DNA of 20,000 bases from an uncultured virus (IMG/VR IMGVR_UViG_3300020436_000010) (taxonomy: Duplodnaviria > Heunggongvirae > Uroviricota > Caudoviricetes): IMG/VR virus record IMGVR_UViG_3300020436_000010; one strand, 5' to 3'. Position 1 is the first letter of the stretch. Every line of letters starts with the position of its first letter. Under the pieces are notes generated by a model. It was not told where the DNA came from. It ran no database searches and saw nothing but the letters and a program-made list of their open reading frames with translations. A program made the position numbers and the translations under genes. Below, piece after piece: positions 7,904 to 16,869 of this stretch.

Positions 7904-9556
7904 ATGGCATATACTCCGGCAGAAGCAGATAGAATATTATTTAATTCAGCATCAGATGCAATTAAAAGAATGTCAGATTCGCAAATCGATGCAGTTTCGA
8001 AAAAATTACAAGAATATTATGCTTTAAAATTATATGAATCTAATTGGAGTGTTACTGGTGATAGTCCATCAACTGGTAATACTTTACCTGAAGTTACTTA
8101 TGGTGGTGTCTATATGGCACAAAGCAATGAATATTCAGTATCAGGTTCTTCTACTGATGTTACTAATAGAGGTTCATTATCAGATACCGTTTGGAATTCT
8201 CAGACAGTAAGTAATCCAAATGATGATGATCCACAAGCACAACCAAATGCATTTGCTGGTGATGACGATGATTCTTTTAGCCCAGGGAACTTTACGTCAA
8301 ATCCCGCTTCAATGACATCAAGCACTCAGGCTACATACAATTGTTTTCAAAGAACTAACCCAGACTATCTTTCAGCCAGAACAACCCTTACTTCTGGTCT
8401 TTCTCCAGGTGATCTCAATAGATATTGGGGTTATGTCAAAGCAAATGCAACTACTGGTTTTGTACAAGCAGAAGCCGATGCACAAAAAGTCAGAGAAATA
8501 ATTTTTACAAATGTGAATAGTAACATAAGAAGCACAAGTAATGATAGATGGGGATCTTATTTTTTGAGTTCTACTAATCCAAGCACAGGTGCAAGTGATA
8601 GTGGATGGTATTTCGTAGGTAAATTTGGTGGCGCTAATTCAACCACTGCAGGATATAATGAAGCATTTAGAGATCAAACAAGTGCCCATGCAAGCGTGAC
8701 TTCTGTATTATTATATGGTGGTTCTGGTAATAATGCAACAAATATAACCTATTATCTTTTTCAAAAAATTCCACAAGGAAGTGATTTTTCAGGTGAAATT
8801 GCTCAACCACTTAGAAGTCATAGATTTAAAATAACAAAAGTATCAGGAACTGCACAAGATGACGAAGGTTCTCATGCAGGAGTAAATGATTATTTTGCAT
8901 ATGGCAATTATGATGGTGATATTGGTTCGTACTTCTATATCAAAGTTCAAGCAACGTCTGGCAATTATTACGCATCAAGCGATTTATCAAACCCATCAGA
9001 TTCAAGTAGTTTTGATACAGGTACAACCTATAGTGCTAGTCATGATAACACAAATGGCACGTTATATCCATCAGGAAGTTCATCTAATGGTTTTGTACGT
9101 GTATTGATAAATCCTAGATTTGCAGGTAGTTATAGCACAAATACCGTTTATAAAGTTGAAAAGGTATCGATGTTGAGAGAAATAAGAATGCCTGACATTG
9201 AATATTATAGCAGATTATATACACAAGGCACGTATTTAGGTTTTGGAAGCACTATCACAGATTACAACAATCAATCTGCCTATAGAAACGATCTACAAAA
9301 TTCTCTCTATTTAATACATTATCTTTACAAATATTATACCTTAGGGAGATATCATCCCATATATACTTTAGAAAGTACAACTGCAGGCACTGGAGAATTT
9401 AATCACGGATCGATTCATGACACTAAAAAGGGTATAAGCAGTGGCACAACTGTTGGACCTACATTAGATGGTAGTACATATTATATTGCAAGAGTACCCA
9501 GTGGGGGACTTGTAACACAATCATCAAGATATTTAAATTCAACATCCGATATTTAA
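7904..9556 (+). CDS. Ser/Thr/Gly-rich putative virion structural protein (paralogue A)
   Basis: 550 aa, S/T/G/Y-rich composition, late-promoter context; shares N-terminal, central and C-terminal motifs with 10309-11427. Confidence 0.65.
   Translation: MAYTPAEADRILFNSASDAIKRMSDSQIDAVSKKLQEYYALKLYESNWSVTGDSPSTGNTLPEVTYGGVYMAQSNEYSVSGSSTDVTNRGSLSDTVWNSQTVSNPNDDDPQAQPNAFAGDDDDSFSPGNFTSNPASMTSSTQATYNCFQRTNPDYLSARTTLTSGLSPGDLNRYWGYVKANATTGFVQAEADAQKVREIIFTNVNSNIRSTSNDRWGSYFLSSTNPSTGASDSGWYFVGKFGGANSTTAGYNEAFRDQTSAHASVTSVLLYGGSGNNATNITYYLFQKIPQGSDFSGEIAQPLRSHRFKITKVSGTAQDDEGSHAGVNDYFAYGNYDGDIGSYFYIKVQATSGNYYASSDLSNPSDSSSFDTGTTYSASHDNTNGTLYPSGSSSNGFVRVLINPRFAGSYSTNTVYKVEKVSMLREIRMPDIEYYSRLYTQGTYLGFGSTITDYNNQSAYRNDLQNSLYLIHYLYKYYTLGRYHPIYTLESTTAGTGEFNHGSIHDTKKGISSGTTVGPTLDGSTYYIARVPSGGLVTQSSRYLNSTSDI
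8238..8265 (+). repeat. 28-bp exact direct repeat, copy 1 (CACAACCAAATGCATTTGCTGGTGATGA)
   Basis: Identical to 10610-10637; encodes QPNAFAGDD. Confidence 0.9.
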
Positions 9557-9567
9557 GGAGAAATAAA

Positions 9568-10305
9568 ATGGCACAAGATGAAGCCACTATTGACGATTTA
9601 AACAAAGCGTTAGAATTTGATTATGACACCTCAGTTATCGGATCAACATCAAAAGATAATTTTTATGCCGATCCGAATAATGACGAATTTATATGGCCAG
9701 AAGATTATGTTAGAATTAACACTGTAAGATGGGCAGACATGATTACTGGTCCAAATAGTCCTAATCCAAATCTTTTCGTAGAATCGTTTGATGGTAGAAT
9801 AAACAATTTAGATTTAATACCATATAAACCAACAAAAGAAGATTATGATAAAGCAGGCACTCCTGTTTCTATTTTAATAAAATCATTTCTTGAATCACCA
9901 TTTAATGATATTGAAATGATCACGAGAGAAACAACAAGATACGCTAACAAAATAGAAGCAGAACAAAAGAGATATAATGCTTTTATAGCATCTTATGATC
10001 CAGAAGAACAACGACTTTTTGAAGAATGGAAAAATGGTAAAAGCGAAGACGAATCAACAAAAACAATAGATCCAGTTGAAACAAATTTTGATACAGTTTC
10101 AGAATCAGAACCAAGAAGTGTATGGGAATTATTATCTCAAGCAACCACTGAGGATTTATTCAAATTTAAATTAGATATTTTTGAACAAGAAGTTGTACAA
10201 AATTCAGAAGATAGAGAACTTAGAGGTAAAATTAGAAAAGCAAAATCTATTTGTGAAGTTTGTGCCGCTTATCAAAATCTTTTGGATGCAGAAACAACGG
10301 AATAA
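9568..10305 (+). CDS. Acidic hypothetical phage protein (possible assembly factor or chaperone)
   Basis: 245 aa with AGGAG RBS at ~9556-9560; helical C-terminus EDLFKFKLDIFEQEVVQNSEDRELRGKIRKAKS; lies between the two paralogues. Function is inferred from position only. Confidence 0.7.
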   Translation: MAQDEATIDDLNKALEFDYDTSVIGSTSKDNFYADPNNDEFIWPEDYVRINTVRWADMITGPNSPNPNLFVESFDGRINNLDLIPYKPTKEDYDKAGTPVSILIKSFLESPFNDIEMITRETTRYANKIEAEQKRYNAFIASYDPEEQRLFEEWKNGKSEDESTKTIDPVETNFDTVSESEPRSVWELLSQATTEDLFKFKLDIFEQEVVQNSEDRELRGKIRKAKSICEVCAAYQNLLDAETTE

Positions 10306-10308
10306 AAA

Positions 10309-11427
10309 ATGGCTATTCAAAGACCCCTGAGATGGGATAACACGTTAAGTGCATTAAAAGAGATGTCTGATACCGATTTAGAGCAAATGGCTTATTTTTT
10401 AAGGTATCAATGGGGACAAGATCTTTTAGGCACATACACCACAGATTGTGCTAGGGATAGTGGGGCATCTGTTAATAGTGGTTTTGGAGCACCATATAGA
10501 ACCGCTAGTACCTCGGCATCTTCATCAGCATTCACGCATTATGGTGCAAATAATGATCAGAAAAAAACACCACAGACATTGAGCAATACAGATAATGACG
10601 AACCACAATCACAACCAAATGCATTTGCTGGTGATGATGACGATAGTTTTGGAACACCATCAGAGGCATCGTTTAATGATTCATTAGCAACTGTAACAAC
10701 TTATCGTAAAGAAGTTTATCGAGCAACATTACCTTCACAATCTGCACCAAGCACTGGAAATTTAAATTTGTATAGTTATGCATATTGGGATGGCTCTGGA
10801 TATGTAAAAATTGAGGGTGTTGAAGCAAATATTCTTGACACAATTATAAAACTAGCAAATAATGAAATGCTCAACGGTGATAAAGTTGGCACTATTCAAC
10901 TTTCTACAGGTGATCCATCAGAAGGCGCAGGACATGTTTGGTCAGATCTTGGAACATTCTTTGAAAACACCATATCAACATATTCGTTTCCAACAACGAT
11001 AGGCACTGCAACTACTACATATAAATTGTATCTCAAAACTGACGCTCCAACATCTTCTCATGAAACAGATACGACTTTAACATCTTTCGTTAATTGGAGT
11101 TCAGGTGATTCAGCGTTAAAACAACAAGATCGAGGATCAGGTACTTCTAGTTATTCAAATTTTATTTCAACAGTCTTATTACCTGTTTGGAAAAGAAGTA
11201 GTATTTTTCCTAAGTATAGATTTGATACAGATAATACACTTGCGGGTGGTTGGGAAAAAGAAAGAGGATCTTACGTTGATACGTTTTATGATACATCACA
11301 AACAACAGGTCCTACTCTTGATTCTGGTACTTATTTTTCTGCAAGATTCGGTTTGGCACTCACAACATCTTTCACAGAATATTTAATATTAGAAATAGGA
11401 AGTTCTACAGATTCATATAGATCTTGA
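10309..11427 (+). CDS. Ser/Thr-rich putative virion structural protein (paralogue B)
   Basis: 372 aa; N-terminus MAIQRPLRWD..LKEMSDTDL; shares PQxQPNAFAGDDDDSF and GPTLDxxTY motifs with paralogue A. Confidence 0.65.
   Translation: MAIQRPLRWDNTLSALKEMSDTDLEQMAYFLRYQWGQDLLGTYTTDCARDSGASVNSGFGAPYRTASTSASSSAFTHYGANNDQKKTPQTLSNTDNDEPQSQPNAFAGDDDDSFGTPSEASFNDSLATVTTYRKEVYRATLPSQSAPSTGNLNLYSYAYWDGSGYVKIEGVEANILDTIIKLANNEMLNGDKVGTIQLSTGDPSEGAGHVWSDLGTFFENTISTYSFPTTIGTATTTYKLYLKTDAPTSSHETDTTLTSFVNWSSGDSALKQQDRGSGTSSYSNFISTVLLPVWKRSSIFPKYRFDTDNTLAGGWEKERGSYVDTFYDTSQTTGPTLDSGTYFSARFGLALTTSFTEYLILEIGSSTDSYRS
10610..10637 (+). repeat. 28-bp exact direct repeat, copy 2
   Basis: Identical to 8238-8265. 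Confidence 0.9.
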
Positions 11428-12069
11428 TGGCAAATTTTGATATTTGCCACCAAACATTTCATGTATTATTTTTATTTCTTTATTATATTCTCCATCAAGA
11501 TATAACCAATCACCAGGATAAAGCGTATTCATTCTAGCCCACCAATCTTTGGATGGATTTTTTACACTTTTGCAGAACCATGTTTCTGGCAAAAATTTTA
11601 ATTTTAGTTTTTCTTTAACAGAATCTTCCACAAAATATTGCTCACCATTTACAGGACCTACCGTTGTTCCGTTTTTTATATAATAGTTTTGCCAGTAAAA
11701 TTTATCTTTCATAAACTTATCATAAATGTATTTGCAATCTTTAGGATAGTATTTAAAAAAACCACCATTTACAGAATATGATAAATCAGATCTTACGGTA
11801 TCTCTCCACCAAGATTTTGCAGAAAGAAACTCACCACGTTCAATAGGATATTCAAACGCATCCATATAATCATTTATAAATTCAAGATCTATATCGATTA
11901 CGACAACTGGCTCATCTATATCCATATTCATGACTCTCATTTTATTCCATTGCAAATTAACCCCTGGCAAAGAATCACGAATCCATGTAACATTCGGTAA
12001 TTTAGAGTTGATATAATCTTCAACATCTTGTCCAAATTTTTTTCCTATTCTAACTGCAAAAATTCTCAT
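11413..12069 (-). CDS. Small GT-A-fold glycosyltransferase-like protein
   Basis: AVRIGKKFG, WNKM, VVIDIDL (DxD), NGGF and GEQ motifs. Start placed at 12069 from the ATGA overlap with the upstream stop. Confidence 0.7.
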   Translation of the reverse strand: MRIFAVRIGKKFGQDVEDYINSKLPNVTWIRDSLPGVNLQWNKMRVMNMDIDEPVVVIDIDLEFINDYMDAFEYPIERGEFLSAKSWWRDTVRSDLSYSVNGGFFKYYPKDCKYIYDKFMKDKFYWQNYYIKNGTTVGPVNGEQYFVEDSVKEKLKLKFLPETWFCKSVKNPSKDWWARMNTLYPGDWLYLDGEYNKEIKIIHEMFGGKYQNLPSRSI

Positions 12070-12527
12070 AATCCCTCTGCCCAAGCAACTAAAGAATATC
12101 TAACACCTGTTAATACAGGTTTGACCTGATGACGAATACGTGGAGTAAATGATACACGATCACCGACATTCAAATCTACTATGCCATAATCTTCAAATTC
12201 TATTTCGCCACCAGTAAAATCATCATTTAGTAAAACAGTGTTAGATTGTTTCCTAACATATCTACCTGTTTCGTAATAATCAGAGTGCCAAGAATAAAAA
12301 TTATTTGGATTATATTCTGTAAATTGAAATTGCATTCTTCTATGTTGAAACAATTTACAAAGTTCAATATTATTTCTAAACAAATACGTTTTAGAATCTC
12401 TAACGTTTTTATTTTTTCTACCGTTTCTTAGCGAAGAATCGTACAATTTTCCTCTATAGGTTAAAATTAATTCTAAACACTGATCTTCAGTTAAGAAATT
12501 TCTTGTAATATGTATTTCTGGGTCCAA
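12066..12527 (-). CDS. 2OG-Fe(II) oxygenase (prolyl 4-hydroxylase-like)
   Basis: NFLTEDQC, WHSD (HxD), LLNDDFTGGE, distal H in HQVKPV and RYS 2OG-binding motif; TTG start. Confidence 0.9.
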   Translation of the reverse strand: MDPEIHITRNFLTEDQCLELILTYRGKLYDSSLRNGRKNKNVRDSKTYLFRNNIELCKLFQHRRMQFQFTEYNPNNFYSWHSDYYETGRYVRKQSNTVLLNDDFTGGEIEFEDYGIVDLNVGDRVSFTPRIRHQVKPVLTGVRYSLVAWAEGL

Positions 12528-13057
12528 GGTATTTTCTTTATCATATTATGAAAATTGTGATTAAAAAGACAGACAGGATAATGCATTTCTTCAGTAGAAT
12601 ACATGAAAGACCAACAAGTTCTCTCATACAATTGACACTCTGTTTCTTTATATAGATATTCGTCTATACCTCTCCAATATTTGATCATACTATAATCTTC
12701 ATCTTCATAAAAATCGTCATAATAAATCGAATGATCACCTTTCCATGACATGATAGAAGAATTGAGAGGTGTATGCAGACGATCTCTCCACCATGCAAAA
12801 AGAAGAGTAAAATCATCACGTACAAGATGATTTACATCGCCTTTAATTACAACGTCTAAATCGAAATAAAGATAATTTACATCATCAGTAAAATCTCTAA
12901 ACATTTGTAACTTATCATAAACATTGCCTTCACCATCACGTATGACATGAAATTTATCATATTTCAAATTACCATGCTTCTCGATCATATGAAGTAAATT
13001 ATCAACGTACCACTCATCAAACTTATCACCAGTTCTTACAAGAATAAGTTCTACCAT
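12491..13057 (-). CDS. Small GT-A-fold glycosyltransferase-like protein
   Basis: VRTGDKFDEWYVDNL, KLQMF, LYFDLDVVI (DxD) and NSSIMSW. Confidence 0.75.
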   Translation of the reverse strand: MVELILVRTGDKFDEWYVDNLLHMIEKHGNLKYDKFHVIRDGEGNVYDKLQMFRDFTDDVNYLYFDLDVVIKGDVNHLVRDDFTLLFAWWRDRLHTPLNSSIMSWKGDHSIYYDDFYEDEDYSMIKYWRGIDEYLYKETECQLYERTCWSFMYSTEEMHYPVCLFNHNFHNMIKKIPWTQKYILQEIS

Positions 13058-13870
13058 CTTCCTATCACCATAAATCTATCGTATAGCGGTAGAGGATTTT
13101 TACCCTTATAATAAACTCTTTCGATTGAATTATTTTTAATAAGTTCATTCTCATCATTTACACAATTTGTGTGTTCGTCAAGTTGAAAATAATTATTTGA
13201 TTGCAATACAAGTAATGGATTTTCAGGATAATTTTTATAATATCTTTGACATTCAACAACATTAGGCATATGCTCTGAAGAAGTGTTTATAACAATATGT
13301 CTTCTTCTCAGATCTTTTCTTTCAAAATAATCACCGAATTGAACTACTTTAAAATCATAATCAAAGTGATTCAAATATTGTGCAACAACTTTGTGACAAT
13401 TTTCATCAATGTCATATAAATCTATTTGATCGATTTTGTATAATTTTGATAACATTTCGATTAAAGGAAATGCAAACCAAGAACCAATAATATCAATTTT
13501 TAAAGGTTCAAATTCTTTGATTGAAATTTTGCTCAATTCTCTCATTAACCAAATTTTAGATTCAAATTGTCCTTGCGAAACAGAGTCTTCGAAACTTTGA
13601 AAATATGATGGTAGGTTATTATTGACCCATTGACTCACCCAATAATATGGTGTCTCTCTATTTTTATTTTCGCAAATTGAAATATGCTCTTTTTCAATTC
13701 CTATTTCATCTTTTATTTGACCAATTTTATCACGTATTAAACCAATCTCAATATTATGATTACCTATTTCAATATTATGATCGCCTATAACCTCATTTAA
13801 TTCACCTATCTTAATTTTGTGATCGCTAATTTTATTTTTATTTTGACGCCAAATTTTAATTTGATCCATA
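13051..13870 (-). CDS. Class I SAM-dependent methyltransferase-like protein with N-terminal coiled coil
   Basis: QFESKIWL, IIGSWF, YDID, VINTSSEHM, LQSNNY and RFMVIG; Ile-Gly heptads at the N-terminus. Start probably MDQIKIW (ATG ~13869) rather than 13923. Confidence 0.65.
13748..13789 (+). repeat. Imperfect 21-bp tandem duplication encoding heptads IGDHNIE/IGNHNIE
   Basis: tcaatattatgattacctatt / tcaatattatgatcgcctata. Confidence 0.75.
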
Positions 13871-14275
13871 AACGCAATATTGATTATATTTTTTGTTTCT
13901 ACTTTTAATAACAAACGAATCATAAACGTCTGTTATATTATTTTGCTCGATCAATTGATCGATTGATTTTATTGGATTACAATCTCCGTTATGCTCTTTG
14001 TCATCTCCTTTTAAAATTAAAGTCAATTCACTTTTCATTTTACCAACAGGATAAGATTTTTCACAATTATAATTTACCACACAATCTTTGAATGTCACAT
14101 CATCGAATACGAAATCTTTACATGTTATTGTAGGTATATCTCTAAAATTTATATCGTAATTAATGCTTTCTACATCAATACCTAACCCTTTTATTTTTTT
14201 TAAAAACAAAAAACTGGGACAACAGAGAAGTGTAACCTCATCATGATTTATAATCCATTCGAATAACTGATCCAT
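13856..14275 (-). CDS. Short, divergent methyltransferase-like hypothetical protein
   Basis: 139 aa; INYDI, VVNYNCEK and CNPIKSIDQLIEQN parallel YDID, VINTSSEH and NCVNDENELIKNN in the downstream gene. Confidence 0.5.
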   Translation of the reverse strand: MDQLFEWIINHDEVTLLCCPSFLFLKKIKGLGIDVESINYDINFRDIPTITCKDFVFDDVTFKDCVVNYNCEKSYPVGKMKSELTLILKGDDKEHNGDCNPIKSIDQLIEQNNITDVYDSFVIKSRNKKYNQYCVYGSN

Positions 14276-14979
14276 AGTTCCTTTGCTGATGACTCGTGCA
14301 ATTCATAGTGTTTAATGTCATGCATGTTTTTATTATTATATAAATGAGATGTATTAAAAAGAGTTGCTTTATGTCTAAGTTCATATCCTTGTTTATTAAA
14401 ATTAGAAAAGATACCATCTTCCCATAAACTTAATTTATTTTTTCTAAAATGCTGATAAAACAAATATTTGTCCAAACTCTTATAGGTCCATTCAATCTTA
14501 TTCCAATGTTCATGTGTATATTCTAAAAGCCACGATGCAGTTCCTTTATCCCATGCAACAAATGACGAATTCGTATGACATGACACACCACGACCAAAAT
14601 TAAATAAACTTAATCTTTCATAATCATTCCAATAATTCCATATAAAAGTTATATTATTGTGAGGTCTTGTGATAATTTCAGTCATATCATCATGCACCAA
14701 TAAATCTAAATCAATCCAAATATTTTTATCGTATTCGTCTTTGTCAATCAACATCAATTTTTCATATGTAAAAACTCTTTTTGTATCATAAGGTCTTAAT
14801 TCATTGATATCTCTAACCTCAATGTTTGGATCTATACCATCGCCATTATCAGTGTAACATGTGAAATGAAATGGTACTTTGCAATGACGTAATAATCCAC
14901 CATATGCCCTATTGACATATTCATGTCCATACAAATTACCCCATTTCAAGCAATTTATTTTAATATTCATGTCACTCAT
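14248..14979 (-). CDS. GT-A-fold glycosyltransferase-like protein
   Basis: CLKWGNLYGHEYVN, FTCYTDN, EKLMLI, WIDLDLLV and NSSFVAW. Start at 14979 or 14970. Confidence 0.78.
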   Translation of the reverse strand: MSDMNIKINCLKWGNLYGHEYVNRAYGGLLRHCKVPFHFTCYTDNGDGIDPNIEVRDINELRPYDTKRVFTYEKLMLIDKDEYDKNIWIDLDLLVHDDMTEIITRPHNNITFIWNYWNDYERLSLFNFGRGVSCHTNSSFVAWDKGTASWLLEYTHEHWNKIEWTYKSLDKYLFYQHFRKNKLSLWEDGIFSNFNKQGYELRHKATLFNTSHLYNNKNMHDIKHYELHESSAKELWISYSNGL

Positions 14980-15832
14980 ATAAGAAAAACTTTTCGTTTT
15001 TATCCATTGTTGTGCCATCTGGTAAAGCACGATCTACTTCTACACCATCAATGTAAGCATCATCAGCAAACCAATCGGTATCATATTCTTCGTAATTTAT
15101 TATTTTATAAACCATTTCTGCAAATTTTTGATTTTCTTCAAGTCTCATATGATTAGATGCATTTTTTATATCTGGATCTCCTCCTTTCATGCCTGCCGCA
15201 CTTATTACAGGAGTTTTTATAAAATCAAAATTATTTTCAGTTAAAACATCAAAATTCATTTTTTTTAATAATTCTAAAGATTTTACATTAAAATTTTCAT
15301 AATGTTGAATACAATTATTGAGAGTAAAGACGGTGAAGACTACAAATCTTACTTTAGGATAATGAATTGATAAAAATTTTAAAAATAAAACATTTTTGAC
15401 ATTCTCATATAAAAACATTGGACCAAGTGATTGAGCCATTATTTTCATAGTCTCAGCATGATTATAAAAATTATAATATGGGTCATCACCCATGGTTTCT
15501 ATATTTTTAAGACATTGATCTTTTAGAGTCGCCTCTGCATATTGTGGCATTGACTTTGATTCGCCATATCTAAAAATACCAGAATAAAAATTATCTGTGA
15601 AAGGAAATTGTAATCTTTTTGCATCTGATAATAATATGATTATTTTGTCATAATCTTTTATTTCATTTTTCTCTAAATGTTTCAGTAAGTTACACAACGA
15701 GTAATTTGGTCCTGTTCCAGCCTTTGCATGATTTATCATTTTTTCATTTAACATTTGACACAAATCATAAGGCCAAGTTCCTTCTTCATCATATTCGGCC
15801 GCAAAACTGTCTCCATATATGTGTATTGTCAT
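14972..15832 (-). CDS. SGNH/GDSL hydrolase-like protein
   Basis: IYGDSFA (block I), NHAKAGTG (block II) and C-terminal NHM..ENQKFAE. Start placed at 15832 from the ATGA overlap. Confidence 0.7.
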   Translation of the reverse strand: MTIHIYGDSFAAEYDEEGTWPYDLCQMLNEKMINHAKAGTGPNYSLCNLLKHLEKNEIKDYDKIIILLSDAKRLQFPFTDNFYSGIFRYGESKSMPQYAEATLKDQCLKNIETMGDDPYYNFYNHAETMKIMAQSLGPMFLYENVKNVLFLKFLSIHYPKVRFVVFTVFTLNNCIQHYENFNVKSLELLKKMNFDVLTENNFDFIKTPVISAAGMKGGDPDIKNASNHMRLEENQKFAEMVYKIINYEEYDTDWFADDAYIDGVEVDRALPDGTTMDKNEKFFLYE

Positions 15833-16869
15833 TTCCACTGATCTCCAAAAGCATCAAAACCTGTTCCGCACTTTTCAGCACACACTTTAGATTTACCAGA
15901 AGAACATGATTTTATACTCCAAGATTCTTCTATACGTTTAAAAAAATTACCCTCTATAATGTCACGTAATGGTTTTTGTAATGCGTTGATATTTTTTATG
16001 TCATCTATATAAGACCACATTTGATTTTTACCCAACTCTTCATATGTTTTATATAATTTTCCAGCAGTCCAGCAACAAGGGGTAACTAGACCTTCTGCTG
16101 AAATATAAATTTCTTTTGTCTTCAATGATTTGCATAATATATTTGTGGCATCAAGATATGAATTAAAATCTCCATGTTTATCAATTAATTTTTCATAATC
16201 ATTTACACTTTTGTTTTGATAATTCTTATTTTTTGGAGGTTTGATTTCATTGCCTTTAGATGTCTCTTTCTTTTGTATTTTATTACCTTTATATGATTGC
16301 ACCCATCTTCCTGTTTTCTTTTTAATAAATTCAAGACCAAACAATTTAGCCATACGTTCTGCTTCTTCTACTTGATGCTCATTATGTTCAAATATGAGAA
16401 ATACCCAAAGACCTTTACCTCCTGCTTGAGTAAATACGTCCATAGAATTTTCAACTCGTTTCCAATCAACATTGATTCTATACAGATGATTTGTATCTTC
16501 AAGTCCATCAACTGAAAATGTTACTCTGCCTCGCTTGCCAAAAATCCAAGCCAGTTCTTTCCACCATGCATCACTTCTGCCACCAGCATTTGTTGTCATG
16601 TGAAGATACAATTCTGAATTATTATAACGTAACCATTTGTACATGTCAAGTGTGTCTTTTGCAATCATTGGATCACCATGATTACCACACATCAAAAAAC
16701 TATTCAATTGTTTAGCAAAATCTGCATCTATAATTTGTTTAAATTGTTCTGAAGAAAGTTCAGCATTTTTCATGTGAGTATTGTTTGTTCTATCACACAT
16801 TGGACATAATGCTTGACATCTTTGAGTAGGTTCAAAATGAATGTGTGTTATATCAATTGCTCTGTACAT
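15829..16869 (-). CDS. Radical SAM protein with C-terminal twitch/SPASM domain
   Basis: CQALCPMC (CX3CX2C), CGNHGDP, TNAG, FSVDGLEDTNHLYR; C-terminal C..IYISAEGLVTPCC...CAEKC. Start probably MYRAIDI. Confidence 0.9.
   Translation of the reverse strand: MYRAIDITHIHFEPTQRCQALCPMCDRTNNTHMKNAELSSEQFKQIIDADFAKQLNSFLMCGNHGDPMIAKDTLDMYKWLRYNNSELYLHMTTNAGGRSDAWWKELAWIFGKRGRVTFSVDGLEDTNHLYRINVDWKRVENSMDVFTQAGGKGLWVFLIFEHNEHQVEEAERMAKLFGLEFIKKKTGRWVQSYKGNKIQKKETSKGNEIKPPKNKNYQNKSVNDYEKLIDKHGDFNSYLDATNILCKSLKTKEIYISAEGLVTPCCWTAGKLYKTYEELGKNQMWSYIDDIKNINALQKPLRDIIEGNFFKRIEESWSIKSCSSGKSKVCAEKCGTGFDAFGDQWK

Noticed and set aside
7830..9107. Plus-strand ORFs 7830-8027 and 8886-9107
   Set aside because: They are out-of-frame overlaps of the tmRNA and the 550-aa gene, with no RBS or motif support.
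8238..10637. 28-bp repeat as CRISPR, DGR template/variable repeat or insertion-site duplication
   Set aside because: Only two in-frame coding copies, with no array, no adenine-specific differences, and no reverse transcriptase or recombinase in the window.
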